From: Rhodococcus rhodochrous
GTDB lineage: Bacteria > Actinomycetota > Actinomycetes > Mycobacteriales > Mycobacteriaceae
Assembly: GCF_900187265.1 (NCBI RefSeq)
Contig: NZ_LT906450.1
Coordinates: 981,444 to 1,045,443 of the forward strand
Direction: 5' to 3'
Length of the DNA: 64,000 nucleotides
Shown: positions 1-12,258 of the stretch, one piece after another
Layout: the number at the start of each line of letters is the position of its first letter
Position numbering within the stretch: the first letter of the stretch is position 1
The notes under the pieces: model-generated
Told to the model about the DNA's origin: nothing
Database searches by the model: none
What the model saw: only the letters and a program-made list of their open reading frames with translations
Position numbers and translations under genes: made by a program

Positions 1-473
1 CCCGCCCAGAACGGTCGTTCCCACACGAACGGCAGGCCCTCGTCCTCGAAGAACTCGACCGTGTTCGCCCCGAAGCTGCGCCGCAGCCTGCCGCACTCCC
101 ACACGGCGAACGATCCCCACGCGCCGCCCGGATCGGAGGCCAGCAGGCAGGTGCGTTGCGCGGCGGGTGTACGCAACCACATCGCGGGAAGCTCCGACGG
201 GTGGCGCAGGGCGAATCGGTGGCTCGATACGACCGTCACGCCGGGGTAACTGCCGACCCAGAATCGTTCGACCCCGTCCTCGCCGGCTGTGCCCGGCCCG
301 TCGGTACCACCGACCTCGGTCAGCGGTACCCGCACGCCGGGGTCGACCTGGAGATCGGGGAACAGGCGCGACAGAAGTGCTTGCGCCGCATCGCGATCCG
401 GGGCGAACTCACGCAGGACCGCTGCGGGATCGGGTGCGTCGACGTACCAGAGCGTCGACACCGTCGCCGACAT
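1..473 (-). CDS. Conserved hypothetical protein, 5' part only (gene runs off the window start). N-terminus MSATVSTLWYVDAPDPAAVLREF...
   Basis: Manual translation of the minus strand gives an uninterrupted frame from ATG at 471-473 to position 1 with GC3-rich codon usage. It is absent from the ORF track because it has no stop in the window. No family recognised. Confidence 0.4.
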   Translation of the reverse strand, partial: MSATVSTLWYVDAPDPAAVLREFAPDRDAAQALLSRLFPDLQVDPGVRVPLTEVGGTDGPGTAGEDGVERFWVGSYPGVTVVSSHRFALRHPSELPAMWLRTPAAQRTCLLASDPGGAWGSFAVWECGRLRRSFGANTVEFFEDEGLPFVWERPFWA

Positions 474-487
474 CGCCGACGTCTTCC

Positions 488-1357
488 TCAGACGCGTCCG
501 TTACTGCGCACACCGAGCAGCACGTCGTCCCACGAGGGGAGCGCGGGCTTGCCGCGCTTGTCCTTCGCGGGAGCCTGGGACGTGCGCGAAGCGTCGGCGT
601 CGTCGGGCACCGTGACGGCGACGGTGGTCTCCTCGGCAGCGACCGGCTCGGGAGCCGGTTCTTCGGCAGCGGGGGACTCCAGTGCGATCGGGGCGTGACG
701 CTCGGCGTTCTCGGCCTCGGTGGAATCGTCGACGTCGCGCGCCGAGTAGACCGGGGTCAGGTAGCGCAGGGGCCGGCCGCAGTCGGGATCCACCAGGTCG
801 GCCGCGATGTCGTCGAGCGCGGTGATCGTGCCGCCGTGTGCGTCGGGCTGGTACCGCCAGTGGGCGCGGTTCGTGGAACGACCGGCATGCCACCGCAGCT
901 GCGCGACCCAGAATCCTTCGTCGTCGCGCCAGGCATCCCATTCGGCCTCGTCGAGGCTGTGCCCACGGGCGCGGAACGCCTGCGTGACGACTTCCTGGAG
1001 GGTCTCGACGGCGGGACCGTCGGGGCGGATGGGATGGCCCTTCTTGGCCATGTCGGCGGCCCGGGACCGCTCGAGCAGGACGGGATAGGCGAACCGTTCG
1101 ACCTTGGCGACCGGGATCCCGGCCTCGTCGGCCACCTGTTCGACCGAGGCGCCGCCGCGGATGCGGGCCTGGATCTCGCGAGGGCGGAGCTGGCTGGTCG
1201 TCTCGATCTGGATCTGCCCGAGACGGGCCAGATCTCCGCGAGCGGCCGCGCGCAGGGTGTCGTCGACGGGAATGCGGAACTTGTCCCCCGTCGTGGGATC
1301 GGCGAGCACCACATGCTTAGCATCGGGCTCGAGACCGACCACTCGAAGCTCTCGCAC
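488..1357 (-). CDS. sepH: SepH-like DUF3071 septation/cell-division protein (Rv0883c-like)
   Basis: N-terminus VRELRVVGLEPDAKHVVLADPTTGDKFRIPVDD matches the DUF3071/SepH family. A GTG start is preceded by GAGGAGG. It lies next to serC as in mycobacteria. The longer ORF-track start is probably upstream overcall. Confidence 0.6.
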   Translation of the reverse strand: MRELRVVGLEPDAKHVVLADPTTGDKFRIPVDDTLRAAARGDLARLGQIQIETTSQLRPREIQARIRGGASVEQVADEAGIPVAKVERFAYPVLLERSRAADMAKKGHPIRPDGPAVETLQEVVTQAFRARGHSLDEAEWDAWRDDEGFWVAQLRWHAGRSTNRAHWRYQPDAHGGTITALDDIAADLVDPDCGRPLRYLTPVYSARDVDDSTEAENAERHAPIALESPAAEEPAPEPVAAEETTVAVTVPDDADASRTSQAPAKDKRGKPALPSWDDVLLGVRSNGRV

Positions 1358-1577
1358 CTTGACCTCCTCGCGCCGATCGCGATTGACCCGCCCGACTGTA
1401 ACCGACCTGGATATTTTTCGTGGCCGGACACGCCGCGCCACGCCGAGCGACATCGCAAGAAATCCGACGCGGCGCGTTATCGTCCAGGGTTCGCCGAAAT
1501 GTCTCGATGCGAGGTCGAGACTATGACGACAACGGGGCCGGGTCCGACATCGGACCCGGCCCCGCTGCGCGAGGTGC

Positions 1578-2744
<1,167 letters not shown>

Positions 2745-2803
2745 CTAGACCGCCCCCTCGGAGCCCCCGCCGGGCGCTGGTCGGCCCGGCAGGGGAAGAG
2801 GCA

Positions 2804-3931
2804 TCAGCGATGCGTGATCGAATCCCAGCCCGTGACCTCGGAGGCAGGGCGCGGATCGGGGCCGGTGTAGATCGCCGCGGGACGCACGAGCTTGCCCAGA
2901 CGCTTCTGCTCGAGGATGTGGGCGCACCAGCCGGCGGTCCGTCCGCAGGTGAACATCGCGGGCATCATCGCTGCGGGGACCTCGGCGAAATCGAGGATCA
3001 CCGCGGCCCAGAACTCGACATTGGTCTCGATCGCCCGGTCGGGACGACGCTCGCGCAGCTCGGCCAGGGCGGCCTGCTCGAGCGCGGCCGCCGCCTCGAA
3101 ACGAGGAGCGTCGAGCCGCTGGGCGGTGCTGCGCAGCACCCGGGCGCGGGGGTCCTCGGCGCGGTAGACGCGGTGACCGAAGCCCATGAGCTTCTCCTTG
3201 CGGTCGAGGATGCCCTTGACCAGGCCGCGCGGATCGCCGGTGCGTTCGGTCTCCTCGATCATCGGCAGCACGCGCGCCGGGGCGCCGCCGTGCAGCGGGC
3301 CGGACATCGCGCCGACCGCGCCCGAGAGCGAGGCGGCCGCGTCCGCGCCGGTCGAGGCGATGACCCGGGCGGTGAACGTCGAGGCGTTCATGCCGTGCTC
3401 GGCCGCCGACACCCAGTAGGCGTCGATCGCCTCGACGTGCTTGGGATCCGGGTCGCCCTTCCAGCGGACCATGAAGCGTTCGGTGACGGTGCTCGCCTCG
3501 TCGATGCGCTGCTGCGGCACGGCGGGCTGGTAGATGCCGCGGGCGGACTGGGCGACATAGGACAGGGCCATCACCGCGGCGCGGGCGAGATTGTCGCGGG
3601 CGGTCGCGTCGTCGATGTCGAGCAGCGGACGGAAGCCCCAGATGGGTGCGAGCATCGCGAGACCGGCCTGGACGTCGACGCGCACGTCGCCGGTGTGGAT
3701 CGGGAGGGGGAACGGCTCGGCCGGGTGCAGGCCGCGACCGAACTCGCCGTCGACGAGCAGGGCCCACACGTCGCCGAAGGTGACTCCCTTCTCGACGAGC
3801 TCTTCGATATCGACCCCGCGATAGCGCAGTGCGCCACCGTCCTTGTCGGGCTCGGCGATGTCGCTCGTGAAGGCGACAACGCCTTCGAGTCCTGCGACGA
3901 AATCCTCGGGAACTGACGCGCTCGCTGCCAT
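2804..3931 (-). CDS. citA: Citrate synthase family protein (CitA-like, type I)
   Basis: 375 aa with citrate synthase motifs (GFGHRVY, HGGA). Similar to Mtb Rv0889c. Confidence 0.85.
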   Translation of the reverse strand: MAASASVPEDFVAGLEGVVAFTSDIAEPDKDGGALRYRGVDIEELVEKGVTFGDVWALLVDGEFGRGLHPAEPFPLPIHTGDVRVDVQAGLAMLAPIWGFRPLLDIDDATARDNLARAAVMALSYVAQSARGIYQPAVPQQRIDEASTVTERFMVRWKGDPDPKHVEAIDAYWVSAAEHGMNASTFTARVIASTGADAAASLSGAVGAMSGPLHGGAPARVLPMIEETERTGDPRGLVKGILDRKEKLMGFGHRVYRAEDPRARVLRSTAQRLDAPRFEAAAALEQAALAELRERRPDRAIETNVEFWAAVILDFAEVPAAMMPAMFTCGRTAGWCAHILEQKRLGKLVRPAAIYTGPDPRPASEVTGWDSITHR

Positions 3932-4073
3932 GACGGTTGGGCTCTCCTCGTTCGAGCACGGCCCGGTCCGGGCCGCGCTGCCGGTGGAATGAGGTCACCG
4001 TCAGGTGTGATCGGCGCCCCACTCGGGTCGTCGTGAAAACTGTAGCCTCCGTGGTCCGAGCGCCGCCGCCCGG

Positions 4074-4802
4074 ATGCCGGGAGTACCGTCGTCGTTCGTG
4101 CCGTCCGATTTCCCGTTGCCGCGCCCCGAGGGTGACGACCTCGCGCGTATGCGTGTCGACTACAGCCCGGCGGGGCCGACCGACGAGTCCCCGGCCGACC
4201 GCGATCTCACTCCCGGCGATGTCGCCGAGGGCTGGCTTCCGCTGTGGCGTACGTGGTTTGCGAATGCGGTCGCCACCGCGGTGCCCGAACCGAACGCGAT
4301 GGTGCTCGCGACCGTCGACGAGCACGGCCACCCCGCGACCCGCACCGTGCTGTGCAAGAAGATCGACGCCGACGGCCTGACCTTCTTCACCAACTTCGAA
4401 TCCGACAAGGGCCGTCATCTGGCCGGACACCCCTATGCGTCGGCGACCTTCCTCTGGCTGCCGGTCTACCGGCAGGTGACCGTCCGCGGGCCGGTCGTCC
4501 GCGTGTCCGACGAGGAGACCCTGGCGTACTGGCGGACGCGGCCGCGCGGATCCCGCCTGGGCGCATGGGCGTCGCAGCAGTCGCGTCCGGTGGCGGAACG
4601 CGCCGATCTCGAGCACGCCCTCGTCGAGGCCGCCGAGCGGTACGAGGTCGACGACGACATCCCGGTACCGCCGTTCTGGGGCGGGTTCCGCATCGTGCCC
4701 GAGTCGGTCGAGTTCTGGCAGGGCCGGCCCAACCGGTTGCACAACCGGATCCGCACCCGCCTGGTCGACGGTCGCTGGATCACCGAGCGTCTGCAACCGT
4801 GA
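4074..4802 (+). CDS. pdxH: Pyridoxamine 5'-phosphate oxidase
   Basis: The C-terminal FWQGRPNRLHNRIR...RL and the EPNAMVLATVDEHGHPATRTVLCK motifs match PdxH. The exact start is uncertain. Confidence 0.85.
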   Translation: MPGVPSSFVPSDFPLPRPEGDDLARMRVDYSPAGPTDESPADRDLTPGDVAEGWLPLWRTWFANAVATAVPEPNAMVLATVDEHGHPATRTVLCKKIDADGLTFFTNFESDKGRHLAGHPYASATFLWLPVYRQVTVRGPVVRVSDEETLAYWRTRPRGSRLGAWASQQSRPVAERADLEHALVEAAERYEVDDDIPVPPFWGGFRIVPESVEFWQGRPNRLHNRIRTRLVDGRWITERLQP

Positions 4803-6067
4803 GGCGCCTGCTCGCCGACACCACACCGCTGCGCAACAAGGACTACGCCCGGCTGTGGTGGGCCGGGATCGTCACCGTCATCGGTGCGCAGATGGCGGTC
4901 GTCGCCGTACCCCAGCAGATCTACGAGATCACCCGCAACTCCGCCTATGTGGGGCTCACCGGTGTGTTCGGGCTCGTGCCGCTCGTGGTGTTCGGCCTGT
5001 GGGGTGGGGCGCTCGCCGATGCGATGGACCGCCGGAAACTGTTGCTCATCACTTCCACCGGTCTCGGTGTCACGTCGTTGTTGTTGTGGGCGCAGGCCGC
5101 GAGCGGACTGAACAACGTGTGGGTGCTGCTCTGTCTCTTCTCGGTGCAGCAGGCGTTCTTCGCCGTCAACCAGCCCACCCGGGCGGCGGTGATCCCGCGG
5201 TTGCTGCCGGTCGGGCAGATCGCGGCGGCCACCTCGCTCAACATGACGGTCGTGCAGTTCGGGGCGATCGCCGGCCCGTTGTTCGCCGGCGCTCTCATTC
5301 CCGTCGTGGGGCTGCCCACCCTCTACCTTCTGGACGCGATCTTCCTGCTCGCCACGCTGTGGGCGGTGGTCCGACTCCCGGCGGTCCCACCGCTCGGTGA
5401 GGTCACCAAGGCCGGACTGCGTGCGGTCTTCGACGGTTTCCGATACCTGTCGGGCCAGAGGATCCTGCTGGCGTCGTTCGTCGTCGACATCGTCGCCATG
5501 GTGTTCGGGATGCCGCGCGCCCTGTTCCCGCAGATCGCCCACGAGTCGTTCGGCGATCCGGCGCAGGGCGGCTTCGCCCTCGGCCTGCTGTTCGCGGCGA
5601 TGTCGGTCGGCGCGGTGGTCGGCGGCGTCTTCTCCGGATGGCTGCCGCGGGTACAGCGCCAGGGTCTCGCCGTGATCGTGTGCATCGTCCTGTGGGGCGT
5701 GGCGATGGTCGGTTTCGGCGCCGCGGTGTGGTGGGCCGAGCCCGACCGCGGCGGTCTGCTGCTATGGGTCGCCCTGTTCTTCCTGGCCTTCGGCGGGGCG
5801 GTCGACATGGTGTCCGCGGCCTTCCGCTCGACGATGCTGCAGACCGTCGCCACCGACGAGATGCGCGGCCGGTTGCAGGGCGTGTTCATCGTCGTCGTCG
5901 CGGGAGGACCGCGCATCGGCGACGTGCTCCACGGCGCCGCCGCAGCGGCTGCGGGCACGGCCGTCGCGGCTGCTGGTGGCGGCGTCCTCGTCATCGTCGG
6001 CACGCTCGTGTGCGTCGTCGCCTTCCCGGCCTTCGTGCGCTACCGGGTCTCACGCACTCTCGGCTGA
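4799..6067 (+). CDS. MFS transporter (enterobactin-exporter EntS-like family)
   Basis: The GTG start overlaps the pdxH stop (GTGA). It has 12 predicted TM segments and MFS motifs (RNKDYARLWWAG..., GALADAMDRRKLL). Confidence 0.75.
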   Translation: MRRLLADTTPLRNKDYARLWWAGIVTVIGAQMAVVAVPQQIYEITRNSAYVGLTGVFGLVPLVVFGLWGGALADAMDRRKLLLITSTGLGVTSLLLWAQAASGLNNVWVLLCLFSVQQAFFAVNQPTRAAVIPRLLPVGQIAAATSLNMTVVQFGAIAGPLFAGALIPVVGLPTLYLLDAIFLLATLWAVVRLPAVPPLGEVTKAGLRAVFDGFRYLSGQRILLASFVVDIVAMVFGMPRALFPQIAHESFGDPAQGGFALGLLFAAMSVGAVVGGVFSGWLPRVQRQGLAVIVCIVLWGVAMVGFGAAVWWAEPDRGGLLLWVALFFLAFGGAVDMVSAAFRSTMLQTVATDEMRGRLQGVFIVVVAGGPRIGDVLHGAAAAAAGTAVAAAGGGVLVIVGTLVCVVAFPAFVRYRVSRTLG

Positions 6068-6997
6068 CGGGCCCGCGGGGTCGTCCGGCAGGGGAGCCCG
6101 CAACTCCGTGACGGCGATGCGCGCGGCCTCTCCGATCGCCGCGTCGACCACCGGCAGTACGGGGTCCGCGCGGGCGGCGCGGGTGAACACCGCGACGGCG
6201 ATCGGATACTCGCCGGGGAACTCGACGACCGCCACCTCGTTGCGGATGATGCCGATCGTGCCGGTCTTGCCGGCGATCGCGACCCCGCGATGCGGGAAGC
6301 CCGATGCGATGCGGTGCGGCCAGATCTGGGCGCGCATCACCTGTTGCGCGAAGGCGGTGCTCTCGGGCGAGAGCGCCGAGCCCGACCACACGGCCTCGAG
6401 CAGCCGGGTCATCTCCTCCGGGGTGGTCGCGCTCGTGTAGGCAGGGTCGTACGCCGAGACGGTCCAGGCCGCGTCGATATCGGTGAGCGCCCGGAACGCC
6501 TCGACGGTGGTGCGGGTGTCCGTCTCCTCGACGAGGCGCTGATAGACGTCCGCGGTCCCACCGACGATCCGGGTCCGCGTGAGTCCGAGGCGCGTGAGGA
6601 GTTCCTCGACGGCGGTCGTGCCGATCTCGCCGAGCAGCACGTCGGCCGCTGCGTTGTCGGACACCGTCATCATCGACGCGGCCACATCGCGTCGGCTCAT
6701 CGTCACCGGATCCCGGAAGCTCGCGATCCCCGTCGGGCCGGGGGTGCAGTCCGACGGCACGATCCGCAGCTGTCCGGATGCGTCGAGCCGGCCCGCGTCC
6801 ACCTCCGCGCAGAACGCGAGGAACAACGGAAGCTTGTACACCGACGCGAGGACCACGCGTTCGTCCCCGCGCACCGACAGCATCGCCGCCCGCGGATCCG
6901 CACACCGGCGGGCGTGCAGCCATCCCGTGCAGCCCGCATCCGCGAAGACCGCCCGGATCCGGTCGACGGCCGTGTCCCGGCGAACCCCGCCGTTCAC
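6050..6997 (-). CDS. Class A beta-lactamase-related serine hydrolase. No signal peptide, so probably cytoplasmic.
   Basis: It has the SxxK (SVYK), SDN and KTG (AGKTGT) motifs. The GTG start overlaps the LysR stop (GTGA), which suggests co-transcription with the LysR gene. Confidence 0.65.
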   Translation of the reverse strand: MNGGVRRDTAVDRIRAVFADAGCTGWLHARRCADPRAAMLSVRGDERVVLASVYKLPLFLAFCAEVDAGRLDASGQLRIVPSDCTPGPTGIASFRDPVTMSRRDVAASMMTVSDNAAADVLLGEIGTTAVEELLTRLGLTRTRIVGGTADVYQRLVEETDTRTTVEAFRALTDIDAAWTVSAYDPAYTSATTPEEMTRLLEAVWSGSALSPESTAFAQQVMRAQIWPHRIASGFPHRGVAIAGKTGTIGIIRNEVAVVEFPGEYPIAVAVFTRAARADPVLPVVDAAIGEAARIAVTELRAPLPDDPAGPSAESA

Positions 6998-7869
6998 CGG
7001 ACCCGCTCCTTGAACAGGACGCGGTCGAGGGCGTCGACGTGCACACCGACGTCGGCGTCGGCACGTCGCACGATGCGCACCCGCAAGGCCAGCGCGGACG
7101 GCGCCCAGTCCAGCCAGGCCACGCCGGGCACCGCGCCGGGCGGCGAGGTCGACACCCCGAAGTGGGTACCGGCGGCCACGGCGGCGAGCACCGCGCGGTC
7201 GTCGACCGCCGGGGTGGTGTCGACATCGAGTCCTCGTTCGCGCAGCAGATCCTGCACGGCGTCGAAGGACGCCGGGTTCCCCGCCCGTGGCGGCGCGGCG
7301 AACGTCAGGTCGGAGAGCATCGGCAGACGCGGCCGGTCGGAGCGGGCGCTGCGGTGGTCGGCCGGCACGACCAGCCATCGCCGGAGTTTGACCACCGGGC
7401 CGGCGTCCAGTCCCTCGGTCAGGGCCGGATGTTCGACGACGGCGAGATCGCACATCCCCGATCGCACGGCGTCGACGAGCTCGACGGTGCTCGCGGATCG
7501 CGTCGACACGGTTGCCTCACCGCGTCGGCTCAGAGCTGTGACGCACAGGGTCACCAGGCGGTCGGGCAGCGCGCGGGTGGCCCCCCAGTGCAGGAGCCCC
7601 CGGGCGCGGGCGACACGTCCGGCCTCGGCGAGGAAGCGGTCGGCGTCGTCGACGAGGAGACGCGCGCGGGGGAGCAGCTCCGCTCCGGCGGGAGTGAGGA
7701 CCGCTCCCTGCCTGGTGCGATGCACGAGTTCGGAACCCAGATGTTGTTCGAGTTTCCGAAGTCCTTGTGACAGAGGGGGTTGCGTCATGTCGAGCGCCGC
7801 CGCAGCCCGGCCGAAGTGTCCTTCCTCCGCGACGGTGACGAAGAACCGGAGGTGGCGGATCAGGTCCAT
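6994..7869 (-). CDS. LysR family transcriptional regulator
   Basis: N-terminal HTH MDLIRHLRFFVTVAEEGHFGRAAAALDMTQPPLSQGLRKLE followed by a LysR substrate-binding domain. It is divergent from the beta-lactamase gene at 8036, an AmpR/BlaA-like arrangement. Confidence 0.85.
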   Translation of the reverse strand: MDLIRHLRFFVTVAEEGHFGRAAAALDMTQPPLSQGLRKLEQHLGSELVHRTRQGAVLTPAGAELLPRARLLVDDADRFLAEAGRVARARGLLHWGATRALPDRLVTLCVTALSRRGEATVSTRSASTVELVDAVRSGMCDLAVVEHPALTEGLDAGPVVKLRRWLVVPADHRSARSDRPRLPMLSDLTFAAPPRAGNPASFDAVQDLLRERGLDVDTTPAVDDRAVLAAVAAGTHFGVSTSPPGAVPGVAWLDWAPSALALRVRIVRRADADVGVHVDALDRVLFKERVR

Positions 7870-8035
7870 GGCAGGGATTCAATCAGCACGGGCGGGTGAC
7901 TCGCCGACCCGGTGTGTCGCGCGGCCGGATCCCGCCCGTCCTCCCCGTTTCGAACAGCGGCGATAGTTTTTCCGACTCGTGCGGGCGGCAGGTGCGTATT
8001 GGCGGGGCGATTCCTGTCGGTGGTGTCCTGTCGGC

Positions 8036-9014
8036 ATGACATCCACCGAGTCCCTCTTCCGTAACAGATTGTCGCGCAGGCGTTTTCTCCACTCCACCCT
8101 CGCTCTGTCCTCCGTCGCCGCCGCGGCGGCCTGCGGCTCGCAGGACGGTCCCGTCGGCACGGTCCCGTCGACGACGGCCGATTCGGTACCCGATACGCAA
8201 CTGCTCGCCGCCGGGGTCGACAAGCGTCTGATGGAGATCGAGGACCGCTACGCCGTGAGGCTCGGAGTGTTCGCGCAGTCGCCGGTGACCGGGCGCGTCC
8301 ACACCTACCGGGCCGACGAACGGTTCGCGATCTGTTCGCCTTTCAAGGTCTACGCCGCCGCGGCGATCCTGCGCCTCGAGTCGGAGGGATCCCTCCGGCT
8401 CGACGAGACCTTTCCGATCGACCCGGACGACATCGTCGTCAATTCGCCGGTGACCTCGGAACATCAGGGGCGTGTGCTGCCGCTCGACCGGCTGTGCGAG
8501 GCCGCCCTCACCCGCAGCGACAACACCGCCGGAAACCTGATGCTGCACCGGATCGGTGGGCCCGAGGCCGTCACCGCCTTCGCCCGCTCCGTCGGGGACG
8601 AGGTCACCCGGCTCGACCGGTGGGAACCCGAACTCAACGAGGCGGCCCGGGGTGACGAGCGCGACACGACCACCGCCGCAGGACTCGCTCACGGATTCCG
8701 TGAGGTGCTGCTCGGCTCGGGGCTGCCCGATCCCCAGCAGCGCACACTGCTCGGCTGGATGCGGGCGACCACCACCTCGGACACCCGGATCCGCGGGGGG
8801 TCTGCCGCCGGGATGGACGTCGGCGGACAAGACGGGCGGAGGCAACCACGGGACGGTGAACGACGCCGGAGTGGTGTGGTCTCCGGACGGGCAGCCGATG
8901 GTGTTGGCGATCCTGTCGGACTCGACCACGGGTGACCCCGACGCCCCCCTCGAGGGCGGACCCGTCGCGGAGACCACCGCCGTGCTGGTCGATGCGCTCT
9001 TCGCCGTGCCGTGA
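8036..9014 (+). pseudogene. Class A beta-lactamase (Tat-exported lipoprotein, BlaC-like) with an apparent frameshift in a G6 run at 8795-8800
   Basis: The N-terminal part (frame of 7979) has a Tat motif SRRRFLHS, a lipobox AAACGS, and the SxxK (SPFK) and SDN motifs. The C-terminal part (frame of 8556) carries GWTSADKTGGG (KTG) and reads ...LFAVP. The two frames join at ccgcGGGGGGtct, and one fewer G would give RIRGGLPPGW... Confidence 0.6.
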
Positions 9015-9285
9015 GTACAGTGACCGGCGTGGGGCGCCGGATCGACGCAGATCCCCGCGTAACGACCTTGGTGAGACCCGGGTAGTATTGCCGCAGGTTA
9101 TCGGCGTGTGCCGGCCTTGCGGCACAGTCGCGGAGGGTGCGGGCGAGCGTTCGGAACCCACATGGACGACATACCGATCGAGGACTTTCGGCGGACCCTG
9201 CCGCAGCGCATACCCCGCGCTACGGCTAGGTTCTACGTGAATGTCCGGAAGTTTCTCGTAGGTCTGAGCTTGAGAGGGATCCTTC

Positions 9286-10584
<1,299 letters not shown>

Positions 10585-10634
10585 ACCCTCGTAGCGACCG
10601 GAAAGATCGACCGAATCCCGACGAGGAGACATCC

Positions 10635-11357
10635 ATGACAAAGCCCGAAATCGAGTTCCAGGAGGGCCCCGCCCCCACCCAGTTGGTCATCAAGGACCTG
10701 GTGGTCGGCGAAGGTGCCGAAGCGGAGCCCGGATCGAAGGTCGAAGTCCACTACGTCGGGGTCGAGTTCGATACCGGTGAAGAGTTCGATTCGTCGTGGA
10801 GCCGTGGTGAGTCCATCACCTTCCCGCTGTCCGGTCTGATCGCCGGCTGGCAGGAGGGCATCCCGGGCATGAAGGTCGGCGGCCGTCGCCAGCTGACCAT
10901 CCCGCCGGAGCTCGCCTACGGTCCCGCCGGATCGGGCCACCGCCTGTCGGGCAAGACGCTCGTGTTCATCATCGACCTGCTCGCCGTGCAGGTGCCGCCG
11001 GAGGTTCCGACGGTCGAGCCGGCGACCGGCCCGGCTCCCGCCGATCTCGTCGTCGAGGACATCACCATCGGTGACGGCGACGAAGCGCAGCCCGGCGGTG
11101 TGGTCGACGTGCACTACCACGGGGTGGAGTACGACACCAACGATGTGTTCGACTCGTCGTTCGCTCGTGGCGACTCCGTCCGCTTCCCGCTCGGACGGCT
11201 GATCCCGGGCTGGCAGGAAGGCATTCCGGGCATGCGCGTCGGTGGACGTCGCAAGCTCACGGTGCCCCCGCAGCTCGCGTACGGACCGGCCGGTTCCGGG
11301 CATCCGCTCGGAGGCAAGACCCTGGTCTTTGTGATCGATCTGCTCGGCGTCGGATAA
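10635..11357 (+). CDS. FKBP-type peptidyl-prolyl cis-trans isomerase with two tandem FKBP domains
   Basis: Two repeated modules (VHYVGVEFDTGEEFDSS...GWQEGIPGMKVGGRR and VHYHGVEYDTNDVFDSS...GWQEGIPGMRVGGRR). RBS GAGGAG. Confidence 0.85.
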   Translation: MTKPEIEFQEGPAPTQLVIKDLVVGEGAEAEPGSKVEVHYVGVEFDTGEEFDSSWSRGESITFPLSGLIAGWQEGIPGMKVGGRRQLTIPPELAYGPAGSGHRLSGKTLVFIIDLLAVQVPPEVPTVEPATGPAPADLVVEDITIGDGDEAQPGGVVDVHYHGVEYDTNDVFDSSFARGDSVRFPLGRLIPGWQEGIPGMRVGGRRKLTVPPQLAYGPAGSGHPLGGKTLVFVIDLLGVG

Positions 11358-11381
11358 AACCGACCCGCAACGACATTCGAG

Positions 11382-11418
11382 GCCCGCAACACCGGTGGAA
11401 GCACCGGGTTGCGGGCCT
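11382..11418. terminator. Hairpin (10-bp stem GGCCCGCAAC/GTTGCGGGCC) between the convergent FKBP and TetR genes
   Basis: Inverted repeat read directly from the sequence. There is no clear U-tract, which is common in high-GC actinobacteria. Confidence 0.45.
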
Positions 11419-11443
11419 CGTCGTCGTTCGGTGCCCGGCTGGC

Positions 11444-12163
11444 TCAGTTGCGAGTGGCCCCGAGCATCGACAACGCGAGGTCGACGTAGTTGCGGGCCAG
11501 ATCGTCGACGTCCACGCGGCCGGGCCGGTACCACCGGGCGACGTCGATCCCCAGCGACAGGATCGCCAGGGCCGCGGTGGGCACGTCGCCGACCCGGAAC
11601 GCACCGCTGTCGACGCCCGAGGAGATGACCTCCCGGACCACGGCGTCGGTGCGTCTGCGGATCTCTGCGATCTCGCGGTAGTGCTCCTCCGAGAGCGCGT
11701 GCAGTTCGTACTGCGCGACCCGGCAGGTGGTGTGGTGCACGGCGTGGATCCGCACGAAGCGGTCGACGATGGCGCGGATCCGCTCGATCGGGTCGGTGGA
11801 ACTCGCGGCGGCGCTCTCGACCTCCTCGAGAACGTGGAGGTGCCCGTTGCGGCCGGCCTCGAAGAGCACGGCCTCCTTGGACGGGAAGTGCACGTAGAGC
11901 GCGGCGGGGCTCAACCCTGCGCCGACGGAGATGTCGCGGGTGGTGGTCGCGTGGTAGCCGCGGCGAGCGAAGGACTCCACCGCTGAGGCGACGAGCCGAC
12001 GCGCGACCTCGGAGCCGCCACCGGGGAGTGCTGCGGCGAGGGAATCGAGGGCAGGGGAGGCGGGGACAGGGGAGCCGGGGGCGGGCGTGTCGGGGGTCTG
12101 CTCGGGCGTGTCGGTCACGGGGTCCGTCCTGCGGGGTCGCGGAGAAGGCGTCGTTGACATCAT
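11444..12163 (-). CDS. TetR family transcriptional regulator
   Basis: TetR HTH (FARRGYHATTTRDISVGAGLSPAALYVHFPSKEAV). It is divergent from the acyl-CoA dehydrogenase gene, a classic TetR/FadE pair. Confidence 0.8.
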   Translation of the reverse strand: MMSTTPSPRPRRTDPVTDTPEQTPDTPAPGSPVPASPALDSLAAALPGGGSEVARRLVASAVESFARRGYHATTTRDISVGAGLSPAALYVHFPSKEAVLFEAGRNGHLHVLEEVESAAASSTDPIERIRAIVDRFVRIHAVHHTTCRVAQYELHALSEEHYREIAEIRRRTDAVVREVISSGVDSGAFRVGDVPTAALAILSLGIDVARWYRPGRVDVDDLARNYVDLALSMLGATRN

Positions 12164-12258
12164 GCACCGTCGTTGGTCTACTGAGTGAGCGCTTAGTTCG
12201 TTCCTGCTGAGTTCGTTCCTGCTGCGGCCGATACCCGAGTCGCCCGAAAGGATCCTCG

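Noticed and set aside
2745-4826. 693-aa minus-strand ORF overlapping citA and pdxH
   Set aside because: Its composition is extremely Arg/Gly/Pro-rich. It overlaps well-supported citA (same strand, other frame) and pdxH (antisense). It is an artefact of high GC.
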